This document shows, one piece after another, positions 18,901 to 29,109 of a stretch of 64,000 bases of DNA. The notes under the pieces are model-generated. The model saw only the letters and a list, made by a program, of their open reading frames with translations, was not told the origin of the DNA and made no database searches. This stretch comes from an uncultured virus (IMG/VR IMGVR_UViG_3300020404_001964) (lineage: Duplodnaviria > Heunggongvirae > Uroviricota > Caudoviricetes). Numbering within the stretch: the stretch's first letter is position 1; every line of letters starts with the position of its first letter. The position numbers and the translations under genes are program-made. The stretch spans positions 1-64,000 of IMG/VR virus record IMGVR_UViG_3300020404_001964; one strand, written 5' to 3'.

Positions 18901-20040
18901 TTATAGTCTTTTCTTTGCGAATGTTAAACCTTTCTTTAAACCTTTTCCTATATTAGTTGCACTTCTACCTATAAATGTGTTTGGTACTCCGTACGAACTA
19001 TCTGCTGTGCCACCTATACGTCCGATAGCACCTGTCAAAATATTAAAACCTTCTTGACGTAATCCTTCTTTAGATAATTTTTTTGCATTTTTAATTCTAT
19101 TGGCTGTTGTAATTATTGATGCTAAAGTTATTCCTCTTCTACCTGCACCTAATTGACTTCCAATGTAAGTGTTTGGTCCATCACCTGCGCCAAATAAACC
19201 TGTAAGTATACCACCGTCACCAAGTAAACTTGTTGAACCACCACCTAATAAACTGTTAGGTGAAGGAGTTTTATCATAGTGTTCTTCACCAAAGCCTTGT
19301 GGTGCTCCATTGGCAGAAACTCTGCCTCTTGAATAAAATACTGCTTCATATTGAACAACCATCTGATTTGACATTACATCGCTTTGTTGATTGTTTAATG
19401 TGTCATGTTGCCATTGTTGTATCAATGGATTAACAAGTGTATAACAGGTATAAGTCTTTCTTGCAAGTTGATAAATTTGTATGCTTGTAAAAAAGTTTGC
19501 TATAGGAATGTTGTTGTCCAAACCAAATTGTGTTTGATTAAACTTTGCTCCTTCGTATGCTGAACCTCTGTTGTATGCTCTTTGTGTGGAAGTTGTAGGA
19601 TTGCCTGCTGTATCTTTACCACCATGGTTACCATCTTTGTAGTAGTATCTATAGTAAGTTTCCCAAAGTGCAGTGGTTACTCCATAGTTGTCATCATGAA
19701 AAACTATTGTAACTGGATCATATGTAATTTTTGTTTGTATGTTTCTTTTCTTATTATATTGTTGAACAGTTACCATGTCTACAGAATATTTAGGTAAGTC
19801 AACATTTTTAACCAACATATTCAACTCACGTTGGTGATTCTTGATCGGTGGATCACTTATTTTTGATACAGATGGATCTAAATTGAATACACAGTGATAT
19901 AAAAATTTTTGTTTGGGTGCTAAACGGAAACTGTCATCTACATATAATCTGGCACCATGAGCAAAATCACCAAGGTTACCTTTAGGATTAAGTACACCTT
20001 TTCCTAGATTATCTAAAAAACCTTTGAGTAAATTTGCCAT
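18901..20040 (-). CDS. tail tube-like / baseplate-tube initiator protein
   Basis: LVKNVDLPKYS...YNKKR....KITYDPVTIVFHDD, a gp19/gp54-like pattern; follows the tail tube gene. Confidence 0.65.
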   Translation of the reverse strand: MANLLKGFLDNLGKGVLNPKGNLGDFAHGARLYVDDSFRLAPKQKFLYHCVFNLDPSVSKISDPPIKNHQRELNMLVKNVDLPKYSVDMVTVQQYNKKRNIQTKITYDPVTIVFHDDNYGVTTALWETYYRYYYKDGNHGGKDTAGNPTTSTQRAYNRGSAYEGAKFNQTQFGLDNNIPIANFFTSIQIYQLARKTYTCYTLVNPLIQQWQHDTLNNQQSDVMSNQMVVQYEAVFYSRGRVSANGAPQGFGEEHYDKTPSPNSLLGGGSTSLLGDGGILTGLFGAGDGPNTYIGSQLGAGRRGITLASIITTANRIKNAKKLSKEGLRQEGFNILTGAIGRIGGTADSSYGVPNTFIGRSATNIGKGLKKGLTFAKKRL

Positions 20041-20081
20041 ATACAGTATTTATGTTATGAGAAATGTGGTGTTTTAAAAAC

Positions 20082-20106
20082 AAAAAAGGGGCCGAAGCCC
20101 CCTTTT
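20082..20106 (-). terminator. rho-independent terminator after the tail tube gene
   Basis: GGGGC-TTCG-GCCCC followed by TTTTTT (cUUCGg tetraloop). Confidence 0.88.
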
Positions 20107-20129
20107 AAATTTATAAATGCAAATAAAAA

Positions 20130-20756
20130 TTACTGACCGCCGCCTGTAATTAGTGTGTTTACAGTTCTGCCTACAGCAGTTCCAACACCTGTTCCTTGTG
20201 GAGTTTGGATAGCATTATCGTATCTCATTTGTAACGTTACTGTTACAGGATCACTTGTACCATATGCTAACTGATTATAGTTTGCTGACTCAATGTAGCA
20301 ACCGTATAATTCAAATGTTTCTAAAACACCAACTGCATTAGCACCGTTACCACCATCTGTAATTTCTATTCTAGTTACAAATTTGTAATCGCTACCTGAA
20401 GCCGCCGCTGATTGTTCAAAGAAATCAAATTGTTTCTGAAGTTGTTCACCAACTAATTTCTGTACGTTGTTAGATACATCTTCTCTTAAAGTTAATGTAA
20501 CTGTTTCCCAAGTGTGTTTACCTGCTAGATAAACTTTTGAGTTGTACACATCTATAGTTGTTGTTTCAAACGATAAATTAGGTCTTGTTATATCTACAAC
20601 CTGCTTTGTTAATTCTGTTGTTGGTGTAGATACACCAAAGTTTTCTAAACTCACTCTAAAACGATATTGTAGTTTAGGCATTAACAAGCCTTGGTTAGAA
20701 GCACTTTGGCTACTATCCAGTGGTACTGTAATTTTTGATAGTGTAGATATACTCAT
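20130..20756 (-). CDS. tail tube protein (gp19-like)
   Basis: PKLQYRFRV, YLAGKHTWETVTLTLRED, FELYGCY and LQMRYDNA; follows the sheath gene; AGGAGA RBS and ATAAATA. Confidence 0.85.
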   Translation of the reverse strand: MSISTLSKITVPLDSSQSASNQGLLMPKLQYRFRVSLENFGVSTPTTELTKQVVDITRPNLSFETTTIDVYNSKVYLAGKHTWETVTLTLREDVSNNVQKLVGEQLQKQFDFFEQSAAASGSDYKFVTRIEITDGGNGANAVGVLETFELYGCYIESANYNQLAYGTSDPVTVTLQMRYDNAIQTPQGTGVGTAVGRTVNTLITGGGQ

Positions 20757-20782
20757 TTGTTTCTCCTATAATATTTATCTTA

Positions 20783-23700
20783 TTATAATCCTGCTATTTC
20801 GCCAGTATTTTTTAATCTCAATGGTACGTAGATAAACTCAACTGCTTTGACTGGTTCAATCGCAATATCCAAGTACAACTCGTTTCTATCTATTCTAGTT
20901 GGAGTGTTGTTTGTTTCGTCACACACAACTAAGAAATCAAAGATTGCTCTGTTACCAACTAACTCTAACAATAAACTTTCTGCTTGAGCCTTGATTTCAT
21001 CTCTTGTGATTTTATCATTTGGTTCAAACACATATGGTCTTGCTAGTTTGTTTAACTGACTTCTTAAGTAAATTACTAATCTAGCAACGTTGATTCTGTC
21101 TAGTGCAGAACTTCCAGCAAATCTAGTTTTTTGTCCGTAGTTTACTAAACCAGCACCTGTAATGAAAGTGATTGGGTTTACATTGTTTGTGTACAATGTG
21201 TCTCTTTGACCTTCGTTTAATGCTGTTGCTTCAAATTCGCCTTCGTTGTTGATGTAACCTGTTGATGTTGCGTTAGTTATACCACCTCTTCTTGTTCCTG
21301 CTGGAGCAAACCATGGGAAAGAAACTTGGTCACTTAAAGCAATAGTTCTTAACATCATGTGTGATGCTGGAACTACAACATTGTTTCCAAAGTTGTCTGA
21401 AGTAAATCCTGATGGATAAAACACACCAAGATATTCATCTGTGCTTACTAAACCTTTGTCATTGTCTTCAACTGCTTGGTTAACGTTTGTTGCCCAGTTT
21501 TGTAAACTTGTTGCATCTGGTGTTAATCTCATTGGTGAGTCACCTAGTATAAATGCTGACAAGCCTCTGTCATTGTTTAATGAAATCATTTCACCAATCA
21601 ATTCTGGATAACCTGGTGTTGCCATTAAGTTAAACAATCTTGATTCGTCATCTCTAATTTCTTGATTAGAGTTTAACATTGCTTGTAAAGATTGTACAAT
21701 AACTTTACGTTGTGCTTTTCTACCAAATGAACCTGAACCATCTGCTTGGTTAGCCGATTCAGTTACCCATCTATGTGGATAGTAATTTGTCATTAATGTA
21801 TCAGCATCTGTACCTCTAGTGTTTTTTGCTGTAACATCTATGCTGTTTCTTACAAATTTCTTAACATTGAAACCTGAACGTCTTGTGTTCCATAACAACA
21901 TACCTTTTGGATATAATGCTGGATCTGGAGCATCTGGGTCTAAGTAATCACTTGCTAATAATTCTGCTATTGTGCTTGATGGAGCAACTGTTGTTGAACC
22001 ACCCGTTGTACCGAATCTAGCATCAGCAAATAGCATTCCATTTTCTGTTGTTTGATCAGTTGTGTCAACTTGTATCCAACTTAAAGATGTTGCGTTCCAT
22101 TTGTAAACTAATGGATAGTTTTCTAAATCTGCTGTTGAAATCCATAAGTCGCCTTCAACAAGTGCTGTTCCATCTGATTGTGTAGTCGGAGCAGTTGCTG
22201 AAACTTGTGGACCTGCTGGGTCTGAACTTGATACTGCTGAATAACCTTTCCAGTCTGTACCGTTGTGATACATAATATCAACTTCATCAACAATTGAACT
22301 GTACCATAATTGACCATCTGCCGCAGTTGTTGTTACTGCGTTGGCACTTGCTGTATAAGTTAAAATTTTCCAATTACTTGCTCTTAGGTTTGAACCATCT
22401 GCGTATAAGTTGGCTGTACCTGCTTTTGTTGTGTAATTGTAAGCAGTGAAACCTGCTTCGCCTAATGTTCCGTTTGTGTCAGTAATTACAAACTCACCAC
22501 CATCGTTGTGTTCTATTACGATTCTGTTTGAAGAATCAACACTTGCTACAATGTTTGTGAATCCTGAACCGTTAATAGCACCTGCTATTAAATCAGCATC
22601 AGTTGCCGCACCTGTTGGTGAAACTGAAACTGTTACAGCAGAATTTAAAGCCGCTTGACCAACAATTGATTCAGCAATCGTAAATGTTTTACTACCTGCT
22701 GTAATACCAGTTGCTACTGCTGTACCTGTAATTTTTGTTGAGCCTGTAGACTCTCTTCTCATAATTGTTTGAATTAGTCCACTTGATTCTTGTTGCCAGT
22801 CAATGTATAAACTGCCTACAGCAAGATTTAAACCACCACCCACTCTGTCTAAATTGTAAAGTGCTTGTTCATTACTTTCGTAAATTGGTGCTGGTACTTC
22901 TTCCCATAATTTAGTTGTACCATTGAATTTTTTAACCATCCAACTAGCACCTGCGTTAGGTGTTGTTGTTTTAACCCATAAAGAACCTGTTGGTCTTGGG
23001 TTTGTGTCAGTTGATTTAAATTCTGGAACTGAAGTATGTGGAGCAACAGATAATGATGGTACGTAATATGTACCTGCTTCAATACCTAGTGCTACACCTG
23101 TGTCTAGTGTTCCATCTGTAAAGATAATGTCTTGATCATTTGAGCCATCGTAGTAAACTTGAAGTAAACCACCAACTGCTCTTGCTGATAAACCTGAAAC
23201 ACCTGCTCCTGTAATATCTGACGCCACATCTGCTACCGTTGTACCCGATGTTGTAATTGTAGTTGCGCCGCCGTTTATAGTGATTTGGAAATTCGTTCCT
23301 GAACCAATTACACCTGTGTAACCTGCTGTTGCTGTGTTACCTGATGCTGTTGGGTTCGAAGCAGTCCAATCTGCTGTTCCTACGCCTTTCCAAGTACCAT
23401 CGTATTTTTTAAACCACATTGTGTTAGCATCTGTTGTAGCCGAGATTGCATAATCTCCTGCTTGTCCAAAAGAAGTCTTAGGACGATCTGTACCAGTTAC
23501 TAATAGTGTTGAATCTGTAATTACGTGTGGAACTTTATTGCTAAAACTTTGTCCACCAGTTGTTGATGCTGAAGCACCATTCCATTCAAATATTCCGAAT
23601 TTAGAAGTTGCTGTGTCAAACCAGTAAGTTCCTGATTCTGGATTTGCCGCTGGTGCTGTTGCTGATGCTTCTAATTGACCTAAGTCAACATCTGCTCTTA

Positions 23701-24028
23701 CAACATATGCTCTGTTGGCAACACCCAAGTATGAATAAGCCGCTTGTAATCCGTATTCATTTGTTTCACCACCATTGATAGGATTATTATTTGCGTCAGT
23801 TTTAAATACTGGATCACCGAATGTTTCTGCTAATTCTCTTTGTGAAGTCATTAAGTACGCTTTGCCGGCGTTTGCCGCTTTTGTACCTTCTGCTGTTCCT
23901 GTTCCGGAACTGTTTGTTTTATCTTGTGCCGAAGCAACAAATATCATTGGGACTGTGCCCGGTTCTGCTGGTGTGTAGAAACTTTCGTCTATTACACTAA
24001 CCTGTACTCCTGGTGAAACTAATGCCAT
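20783..24028 (-). CDS. contractile tail sheath protein (gp18-like, enlarged)
   Basis: MALVSPGVQVSVIDES; C-terminal WFAPAGTRRG, RDTLY..NVNPI, GQKT, LDRINVARL, FEPND and IEPVKAVEFIY. Confidence 0.95.
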   Translation of the reverse strand: MALVSPGVQVSVIDESFYTPAEPGTVPMIFVASAQDKTNSSGTGTAEGTKAANAGKAYLMTSQRELAETFGDPVFKTDANNNPINGGETNEYGLQAAYSYLGVANRAYVVRADVDLGQLEASATAPAANPESGTYWFDTATSKFGIFEWNGASASTTGGQSFSNKVPHVITDSTLLVTGTDRPKTSFGQAGDYAISATTDANTMWFKKYDGTWKGVGTADWTASNPTASGNTATAGYTGVIGSGTNFQITINGGATTITTSGTTVADVASDITGAGVSGLSARAVGGLLQVYYDGSNDQDIIFTDGTLDTGVALGIEAGTYYVPSLSVAPHTSVPEFKSTDTNPRPTGSLWVKTTTPNAGASWMVKKFNGTTKLWEEVPAPIYESNEQALYNLDRVGGGLNLAVGSLYIDWQQESSGLIQTIMRRESTGSTKITGTAVATGITAGSKTFTIAESIVGQAALNSAVTVSVSPTGAATDADLIAGAINGSGFTNIVASVDSSNRIVIEHNDGGEFVITDTNGTLGEAGFTAYNYTTKAGTANLYADGSNLRASNWKILTYTASANAVTTTAADGQLWYSSIVDEVDIMYHNGTDWKGYSAVSSSDPAGPQVSATAPTTQSDGTALVEGDLWISTADLENYPLVYKWNATSLSWIQVDTTDQTTENGMLFADARFGTTGGSTTVAPSSTIAELLASDYLDPDAPDPALYPKGMLLWNTRRSGFNVKKFVRNSIDVTAKNTRGTDADTLMTNYYPHRWVTESANQADGSGSFGRKAQRKVIVQSLQAMLNSNQEIRDDESRLFNLMATPGYPELIGEMISLNNDRGLSAFILGDSPMRLTPDATSLQNWATNVNQAVEDNDKGLVSTDEYLGVFYPSGFTSDNFGNNVVVPASHMMLRTIALSDQVSFPWFAPAGTRRGGITNATSTGYINNEGEFEATALNEGQRDTLYTNNVNPITFITGAGLVNYGQKTRFAGSSALDRINVARLVIYLRSQLNKLARPYVFEPNDKITRDEIKAQAESLLLELVGNRAIFDFLVVCDETNNTPTRIDRNELYLDIAIEPVKAVEFIYVPLRLKNTGEIAGL

Positions 24029-24147
24029 TTTTTTTATCTCCTATTAAAGTGTAAAACTTTATTGCTAGTATTTATGACGAATACCCAAATCGTGCTGTAT
24101 TACTATACCAAGAAAAGGGGTAGGAAAGGGCAGGTAAATACTGTCGT

Positions 24148-24489
24148 ATGAGACCATTATGTACAAAATGTAAAGAAAGACCTTCTGCTGTGAACTATAA
24201 AAAGGCAGGCAAAACATATTATAGAAAGCAATGTGAGATGTGCTTGAAGTATGGTGGACCTAGTGGTTATCAACCCAAATGGTATATAGCAGGATACAGA
24301 TTAAAGCAAAAATGTGACAAGTGTGGACACTCAAGCAAATTCAAACAGCATTTTAATGTGTTTCATGTGGATGGTAATTTACACAACTGTAGGTTCAATA
24401 ATTTAAAAACTGTGTGTGCTAATTGCCAAAGATCCTTGCACCTTGAAGGAATCCGTTGGCAACAAGGCGATCTTGTACCTGATTTTTAA
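24148..24489 (+). CDS. zinc-finger / HNH-like protein
   Basis: Four CxxC pairs and HVDGNLHNCRFNNLKTVCANC; GTAAATA 7 nt before the ATG. Confidence 0.7.
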   Translation: MRPLCTKCKERPSAVNYKKAGKTYYRKQCEMCLKYGGPSGYQPKWYIAGYRLKQKCDKCGHSSKFKQHFNVFHVDGNLHNCRFNNLKTVCANCQRSLHLEGIRWQQGDLVPDF

Positions 24490-25045
24490 GTTCAGCAATA
24501 GTGCCATTATTAGTCAATTCTGATGTGAAATCAGTATTTGCCCATGCCCACTCTGAAGGATGTACGTCTTTAGGTTTTTGACCTATATCCTGATACATTT
24601 TAAACCATATAGGAATTTGTCCTCGTTTTACCCACCAAACTTCACCGTTGATTTCTTTAATCATGTTTGCTTCATTTTCAAAACGCACATCTGGTATTAC
24701 CCAGTTGATATCAGGATTGTCTAAAATTTTCTTTTTTGCTAAACTTACCCATACTCCATCATAGAATCCATCACGCATACATTCTGTGCCAAACACTTGA
24801 AGCACATATCTAGGAGTGATGTCTCTACCCATTTCTTTACTCCAAAATTCATCGGACTTTTCACGCCATGCTCTGCTTTCATCTGTTTTACCATCCAGCA
24901 ACTGTCTGTCCCATTCAAACATTTCAGCCACACTGTCTTTTAATTTGTCAGCAAAAGATAATTTTTGAAAGTTGTGTTCTTTTACTAAAAAGTCAGCAAT
25001 GGTGTCTTTGCCTGAACCTATCAGTCCGCATATTCCTATAATCAT
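24419..25045 (-). CDS. deoxynucleoside monophosphate kinase (T4 gp1-like)
   Basis: GLIGSGKDT, SFADKLKD, TPRYVLQVFGTE, PDVRFENE and HPSE. Confidence 0.9.
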   Translation of the reverse strand: MIIGICGLIGSGKDTIADFLVKEHNFQKLSFADKLKDSVAEMFEWDRQLLDGKTDESRAWREKSDEFWSKEMGRDITPRYVLQVFGTECMRDGFYDGVWVSLAKKKILDNPDINWVIPDVRFENEANMIKEINGEVWWVKRGQIPIWFKMYQDIGQKPKDVHPSEWAWANTDFTSELTNNGTIAELKNQVQDRLVANGFLQGARIFGN

Positions 25046-25680
25046 AATTGTAATTGTTTAGTGCCTGATCCTAACTTACCTCTAGCAAAACAGTTGAATG
25101 CTAAACTCCATCTTTCCTTGTCAACTTCTTGTGGAGGTACTGTGTGTTCTAACCAAGATGGGAAAAGATATAAATCTCCTGTTTTAGGCTTGAATCCATA
25201 GTAATCAAGATTGTATTGATTGTTGTTTTTATTTTTAAAAGTTGGTTTTATTGTTTCATGAAATAAATTTGTGAAAAAGTATGGTTTGTTAAAAATGATA
25301 GGTGATGATGTTTCATCACTCTCAATATAATAGACACCACTGATCATTGAATTTGGATGTGAATGCTGATGATTTAAATCTGCTTTACCGTATTTGTTTA
25401 CCCAACTTGTTGTAAATTCAAATTTTTGCTCTATGTCTAAAACATCTTGTGTAAAATTATCCACAGCATCTTTAATTTGTTGTCTTAATTTCTTAAGTTG
25501 TGGTTGGTCTAAAACTTTCATTCCTTTATTAATTGGCTCTTCATTTTCAGCATCATATAAACCAACACTTTGTGGAGGAAAATTTAAATTTTTTATCCAA
25601 GATTCTTCTATAGGATCCAAAGAGGGAATATTTGTCTGATACAGAGGAACCGAAAACATCGGAATAATTTGGTGTTTCAT
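25042..25680 (-). CDS. 2OG-Fe(II) oxygenase-like protein (TIGR02466-like)
   Basis: SWVN...HQHSHPNSMISGVYY, LFPSWLEHTV and RWSLAFN. Confidence 0.8.
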   Translation of the reverse strand: MKHQIIPMFSVPLYQTNIPSLDPIEESWIKNLNFPPQSVGLYDAENEEPINKGMKVLDQPQLKKLRQQIKDAVDNFTQDVLDIEQKFEFTTSWVNKYGKADLNHQHSHPNSMISGVYYIESDETSSPIIFNKPYFFTNLFHETIKPTFKNKNNNQYNLDYYGFKPKTGDLYLFPSWLEHTVPPQEVDKERWSLAFNCFARGKLGSGTKQLQL

Positions 25681-25687
25681 ATAGTTT

Positions 25688-25716
25688 ATATTACTATATG
25701 TTTATTGAATTGTCAA
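25688..25716 (-). promoter_or_regulatory. sigma70-type promoter for the oxygenase and dNMP kinase genes
   Basis: TTGACA (25711-25716), 17 nt, TAATAT (25688-25693); the ATG is only 7 nt further downstream. Confidence 0.6.
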
Positions 25717-25723
25717 CTATGAA

Positions 25724-26482
25724 TTAACCAATTGCGAAAGAATAACCTTGTCCACCACCAGTTTGTGTTTTGACTTCTATTTCTAGTCGTTCCATTTCAG
25801 CCTGTGCTTCTTGTTTTAGAGCATCACCATTTAATGATGTACCTCCTTGTGGACCTGCTATTGTATTGAATTTGCTTCTTGCTTCACCTAGCATATACTT
25901 ACATTTTGCCAAAGTGTAATCTCTTAACCATTTTTGTGCCAAATAATCTTTCAGCAATTCTGAATCTGGTCTGTAATTGTAACATTCTAATAATACTTCT
26001 TCACCTTGTCTAGGTCTTTGAAGTATTGTTAATTTTTTAGTGGTTGTGTTCCATTTGAATTCAATAAATGAACCAAACATTCTTCCTACTAATTCTTGAT
26101 ATTGAGCAAACATATTATAAGTTGCTACACCACCCATATTAGAACTTGCTAATAGGTAAGTGTTTGTGTATGCTAAATTGAATGGTTCGAACAATGTACC
26201 ACCATCTCCACCACCGGATCTTGAACCAATGGATCTTCTATAAATTTGTCTTACTTCTATCACTTCATTAGGAAGGATATAGTCGTTTTGATCCAATACT
26301 AGTGGTAAAAACATATAACTTTCTTCCACAGAATTGTCTGATCTTTGTCTAAATCTGTCTAATGCATCTTTAAGTGCTGTTTCGTAGTGTACTGGGTCTA
26401 ATTCTACATCAACCATACCACCACCTAGGCTGGCGTGTACATAGTCAAATACTTCTTGTTTTTGTGTGGTCAAATCGCTCAT
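25724..26482 (-). CDS. neck protein (T4 gp13-like)
   Basis: LGGGMVDVELD, WLRDYTLAKCK..LG..RSKF and PQGGTSLNG. Start moved to MSDL at 26482, after AAGGA. Confidence 0.8.
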   Translation of the reverse strand: MSDLTTQKQEVFDYVHASLGGGMVDVELDPVHYETALKDALDRFRQRSDNSVEESYMFLPLVLDQNDYILPNEVIEVRQIYRRSIGSRSGGGDGGTLFEPFNLAYTNTYLLASSNMGGVATYNMFAQYQELVGRMFGSFIEFKWNTTTKKLTILQRPRQGEEVLLECYNYRPDSELLKDYLAQKWLRDYTLAKCKYMLGEARSKFNTIAGPQGGTSLNGDALKQEAQAEMERLEIEVKTQTGGGQGYSFAIG

Positions 26483-26498
26483 ACAGTTTTCCTTATAC

Positions 26499-26520
26499 AT
26501 ATTTATCGTCCGATAAATAT
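26499..26520. promoter_or_regulatory. back-to-back late promoters forming an inverted repeat
   Basis: ATATTTATCG-TC-CGATAAATAT between the divergent neck genes; each arm contains ATAAATA. Confidence 0.65.
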
Positions 26521-26526
26521 ATGTAT

Positions 26527-27684
26527 ATGCCTAGATTAAGTCTTTATAAACCAGAAAAAGGGAACGATTACACATTCTTAGACAAAACAGTGGTTGAAAT
26601 GTTCACTGTGGGCGGAACCGACGTATTTGTACACAAATACTTGGGACCTAAGAATACGGAAGAAGCAGATGCTACTCCTACACAGCCTAGATATGATGCT
26701 GTAAAAGAAACCAACATACAAGATATGTTGTTCCTGGAAAACAGGGATAGAAAATACAGTTCTGATGTGTACAGCATAAGAGGAATATACAACGTTCAAG
26801 ATATTGACTTTGATATGAGTCAATTTGGATTGTTCTTACAAAATGACACATTGTTCATGACAATACCCATCACTTCGAGTGTTAAAACTTTGGGTAGAAA
26901 AGTTATGCCAGGTGATGTATTTGAATTACCTCATTTAAAAGATGAATACGCACTGAACGATTTTAGTGTAGCACTGAAAAGATTTTATGTGGTTGAAGAC
27001 GTCAACAGAGCGGCAGAAGGTTTTTCACAAACTTGGTATCCTCACTTATACAGAGTTAAGTTAAAACAAATTTACGACTCACAAGAATTCAAAGAAATAC
27101 TAAACAAAGATGCTGGAGCAGGCGATGGCAAAACATTAAGAGATGTGCTCTCAACTTATGAAAAAGAAATGCAGATCAATAATGCTGTTGTTCAACAAGC
27201 AGAAGCAGATTCACCTAAATCAGGATATGACATAGCACATTTTTATACACTACAAGTGGATGATCAAGGAAAACCTGAACTTGTTACAACAGATACAAGC
27301 CAATTAGACACAACTACACAAAACACATTAGCCGATAGAGTAAATCAAACACCTAGTAAAGAAGGTTATGATGGTTATATTCTTGGTGATGGCATAGCAC
27401 CTAATGGTGAACAGTTTGGATTTGGTATTAGTTTTCCAACTGCTTCAGACAAAGGTGATTATTTTTTACGTACTGACTTTTTGCCAAATAGATTGTTTAG
27501 ATTTGATGGCGGACGTTGGGTAAAAATGGAAGATAACATACGTATGACACTAACTAATACTGATACAAGAAGTACACAAAAAGGTACATTTATTAATAAC
27601 ACTAAAACATCAACGATTGCTGGCGAATCAGTAACTGAAAGACAAAGTTTATCAAAAGCACTCAGACCAAAGGCAGATAATTAA
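26527..27684 (+). CDS. neck / head closure protein (T4 gp14-like)
   Basis: DMSQFGLFLQND and PGDVFELPHL pattern; lies between gp13-like and gp15-like genes. Start moved to MPRLSLYK. Confidence 0.65.
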   Translation: MPRLSLYKPEKGNDYTFLDKTVVEMFTVGGTDVFVHKYLGPKNTEEADATPTQPRYDAVKETNIQDMLFLENRDRKYSSDVYSIRGIYNVQDIDFDMSQFGLFLQNDTLFMTIPITSSVKTLGRKVMPGDVFELPHLKDEYALNDFSVALKRFYVVEDVNRAAEGFSQTWYPHLYRVKLKQIYDSQEFKEILNKDAGAGDGKTLRDVLSTYEKEMQINNAVVQQAEADSPKSGYDIAHFYTLQVDDQGKPELVTTDTSQLDTTTQNTLADRVNQTPSKEGYDGYILGDGIAPNGEQFGFGISFPTASDKGDYFLRTDFLPNRLFRFDGGRWVKMEDNIRMTLTNTDTRSTQKGTFINNTKTSTIAGESVTERQSLSKALRPKADN

Positions 27685-29093
27685 TGCAATTTTTTTACGA
27701 CGGACAGATTAGAAGATATATTACTCAAATAATTAGACTGATGAGTAATTTTTCATACAAAGATGGAGATGGTTCTTTAAGAACTATTCCGGTAATGTAT
27801 GGAGATATTACAAGACAAGTATCACACATTATAAGAGATAATTCAGAAAATAAATTACCGTCTGTGCCTAGAATGGGTGTGTATGTTACCGGTTTAGAAA
27901 TGGACAGAACTCGTTTAGCAGATTCTAGTTTCATTAGTAAAGTCCATGTTAGAGAAAGAGCATATGATGCCAACAATAATGAATATTTGAATACACAAGG
28001 TAAAAATGTTACAGTTGAAAGATTAATGCCAACACCATACACATTAACATTGAATGCTGATATTTGGACATCAAACACAGAACAAAAATTACAAGTAATG
28101 GAACAAATAATGATGTTGTTTAATCCATCTCTAGAAATACAAACCACAGACAACTACGTTGACTGGACAAGTTTAAGTGTAGTAGAATTATCTAATATTA
28201 ATTTTTCGTCTAGAACGATTCCATTAGGAACGGAAACAGAAGTCGATGTTGCGACTTTAGGTTTTACAACACCTATATACATTTCTCCGCCAACAAAAGT
28301 AAAAAAATTAGGAGTAATCACACACATTATAACAAGTATATTCAATGAACAAACTGGAAATATAGATTTAAGCCAAACTATGCCTGAACTAAAAGCATAC
28401 CAAGATGGATATGAAAACAGTATCAAATTAGATGACAAAGGAAGAGCAATAAGAAAAGATACAGACTCAGTACAAGGAACAACAGGCATTAATGTAGACA
28501 TCTATGTATTGAATAGTGTTGCTCAAATTATTGTTAAAGGTGTAATAGGTGGCGAAGTATGGACAGGCAATGTATTAACAATACCTAATTTTAAAAATGG
28601 ATTGAGCAAAATTTATTTGAATAGAGAAGGCATTGATGCTCAAGTAGTTGGTACAGTAGCAGTAAACGAAGCAAACCCATATCAATTATTAATTGATTGG
28701 GATGAAGACACAATTCCAACTGACACTGTAATTGTTGGACCAATCACTACAAGTGGTTCAGTTGATTTTATTGTAGACCCTACAAAATTTGATCCAACAA
28801 CAGTTAAACAGAATGGAAAAAGATTATTGTTGTTAAAAGGTATTGGCTCAACAGATAATGAAGATGGTGCTGATGCTTGGAAAGGTGACAGCAATATAGA
28901 TTTAGTTGCTGGTGCTAATGACATCATAGAATGGAACGGTACCAATTGGGAAGTTATTTTTGATGCCAGCACAACAACGAATACCACTCACGTTACCAAT
29001 TTAAACACAGGCGTACAATACAAATGGAATGGTAGTGAATGGTTATTGTCTTTCGAAGGTGAATATCGAAAAGGCACTTGGAAGATCCAGTAG
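27684..29093 (+). CDS. tail terminator / sheath stabiliser (T4 gp15-like) with C-terminal extension
   Basis: FFYD.QIRRY, IPVMYG, PRM, PTPYTL...ADIW and QVMEQI..LFNP. Confidence 0.8.
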   Translation: MQFFYDGQIRRYITQIIRLMSNFSYKDGDGSLRTIPVMYGDITRQVSHIIRDNSENKLPSVPRMGVYVTGLEMDRTRLADSSFISKVHVRERAYDANNNEYLNTQGKNVTVERLMPTPYTLTLNADIWTSNTEQKLQVMEQIMMLFNPSLEIQTTDNYVDWTSLSVVELSNINFSSRTIPLGTETEVDVATLGFTTPIYISPPTKVKKLGVITHIITSIFNEQTGNIDLSQTMPELKAYQDGYENSIKLDDKGRAIRKDTDSVQGTTGINVDIYVLNSVAQIIVKGVIGGEVWTGNVLTIPNFKNGLSKIYLNREGIDAQVVGTVAVNEANPYQLLIDWDEDTIPTDTVIVGPITTSGSVDFIVDPTKFDPTTVKQNGKRLLLLKGIGSTDNEDGADAWKGDSNIDLVAGANDIIEWNGTNWEVIFDASTTTNTTHVTNLNTGVQYKWNGSEWLLSFEGEYRKGTWKIQ

Positions 29094-29109
29094 TCATATA
29101 ATTACTTAC

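Noticed and set aside
26374..26526. ORF-track N-terminal extensions (26374, 29029, 16034, 7234, 798, 26500, 31365)
   Set aside because: They overlap neighbouring genes or promoter motifs; downstream ATGs fit coupling, RBS or promoter spacing better.
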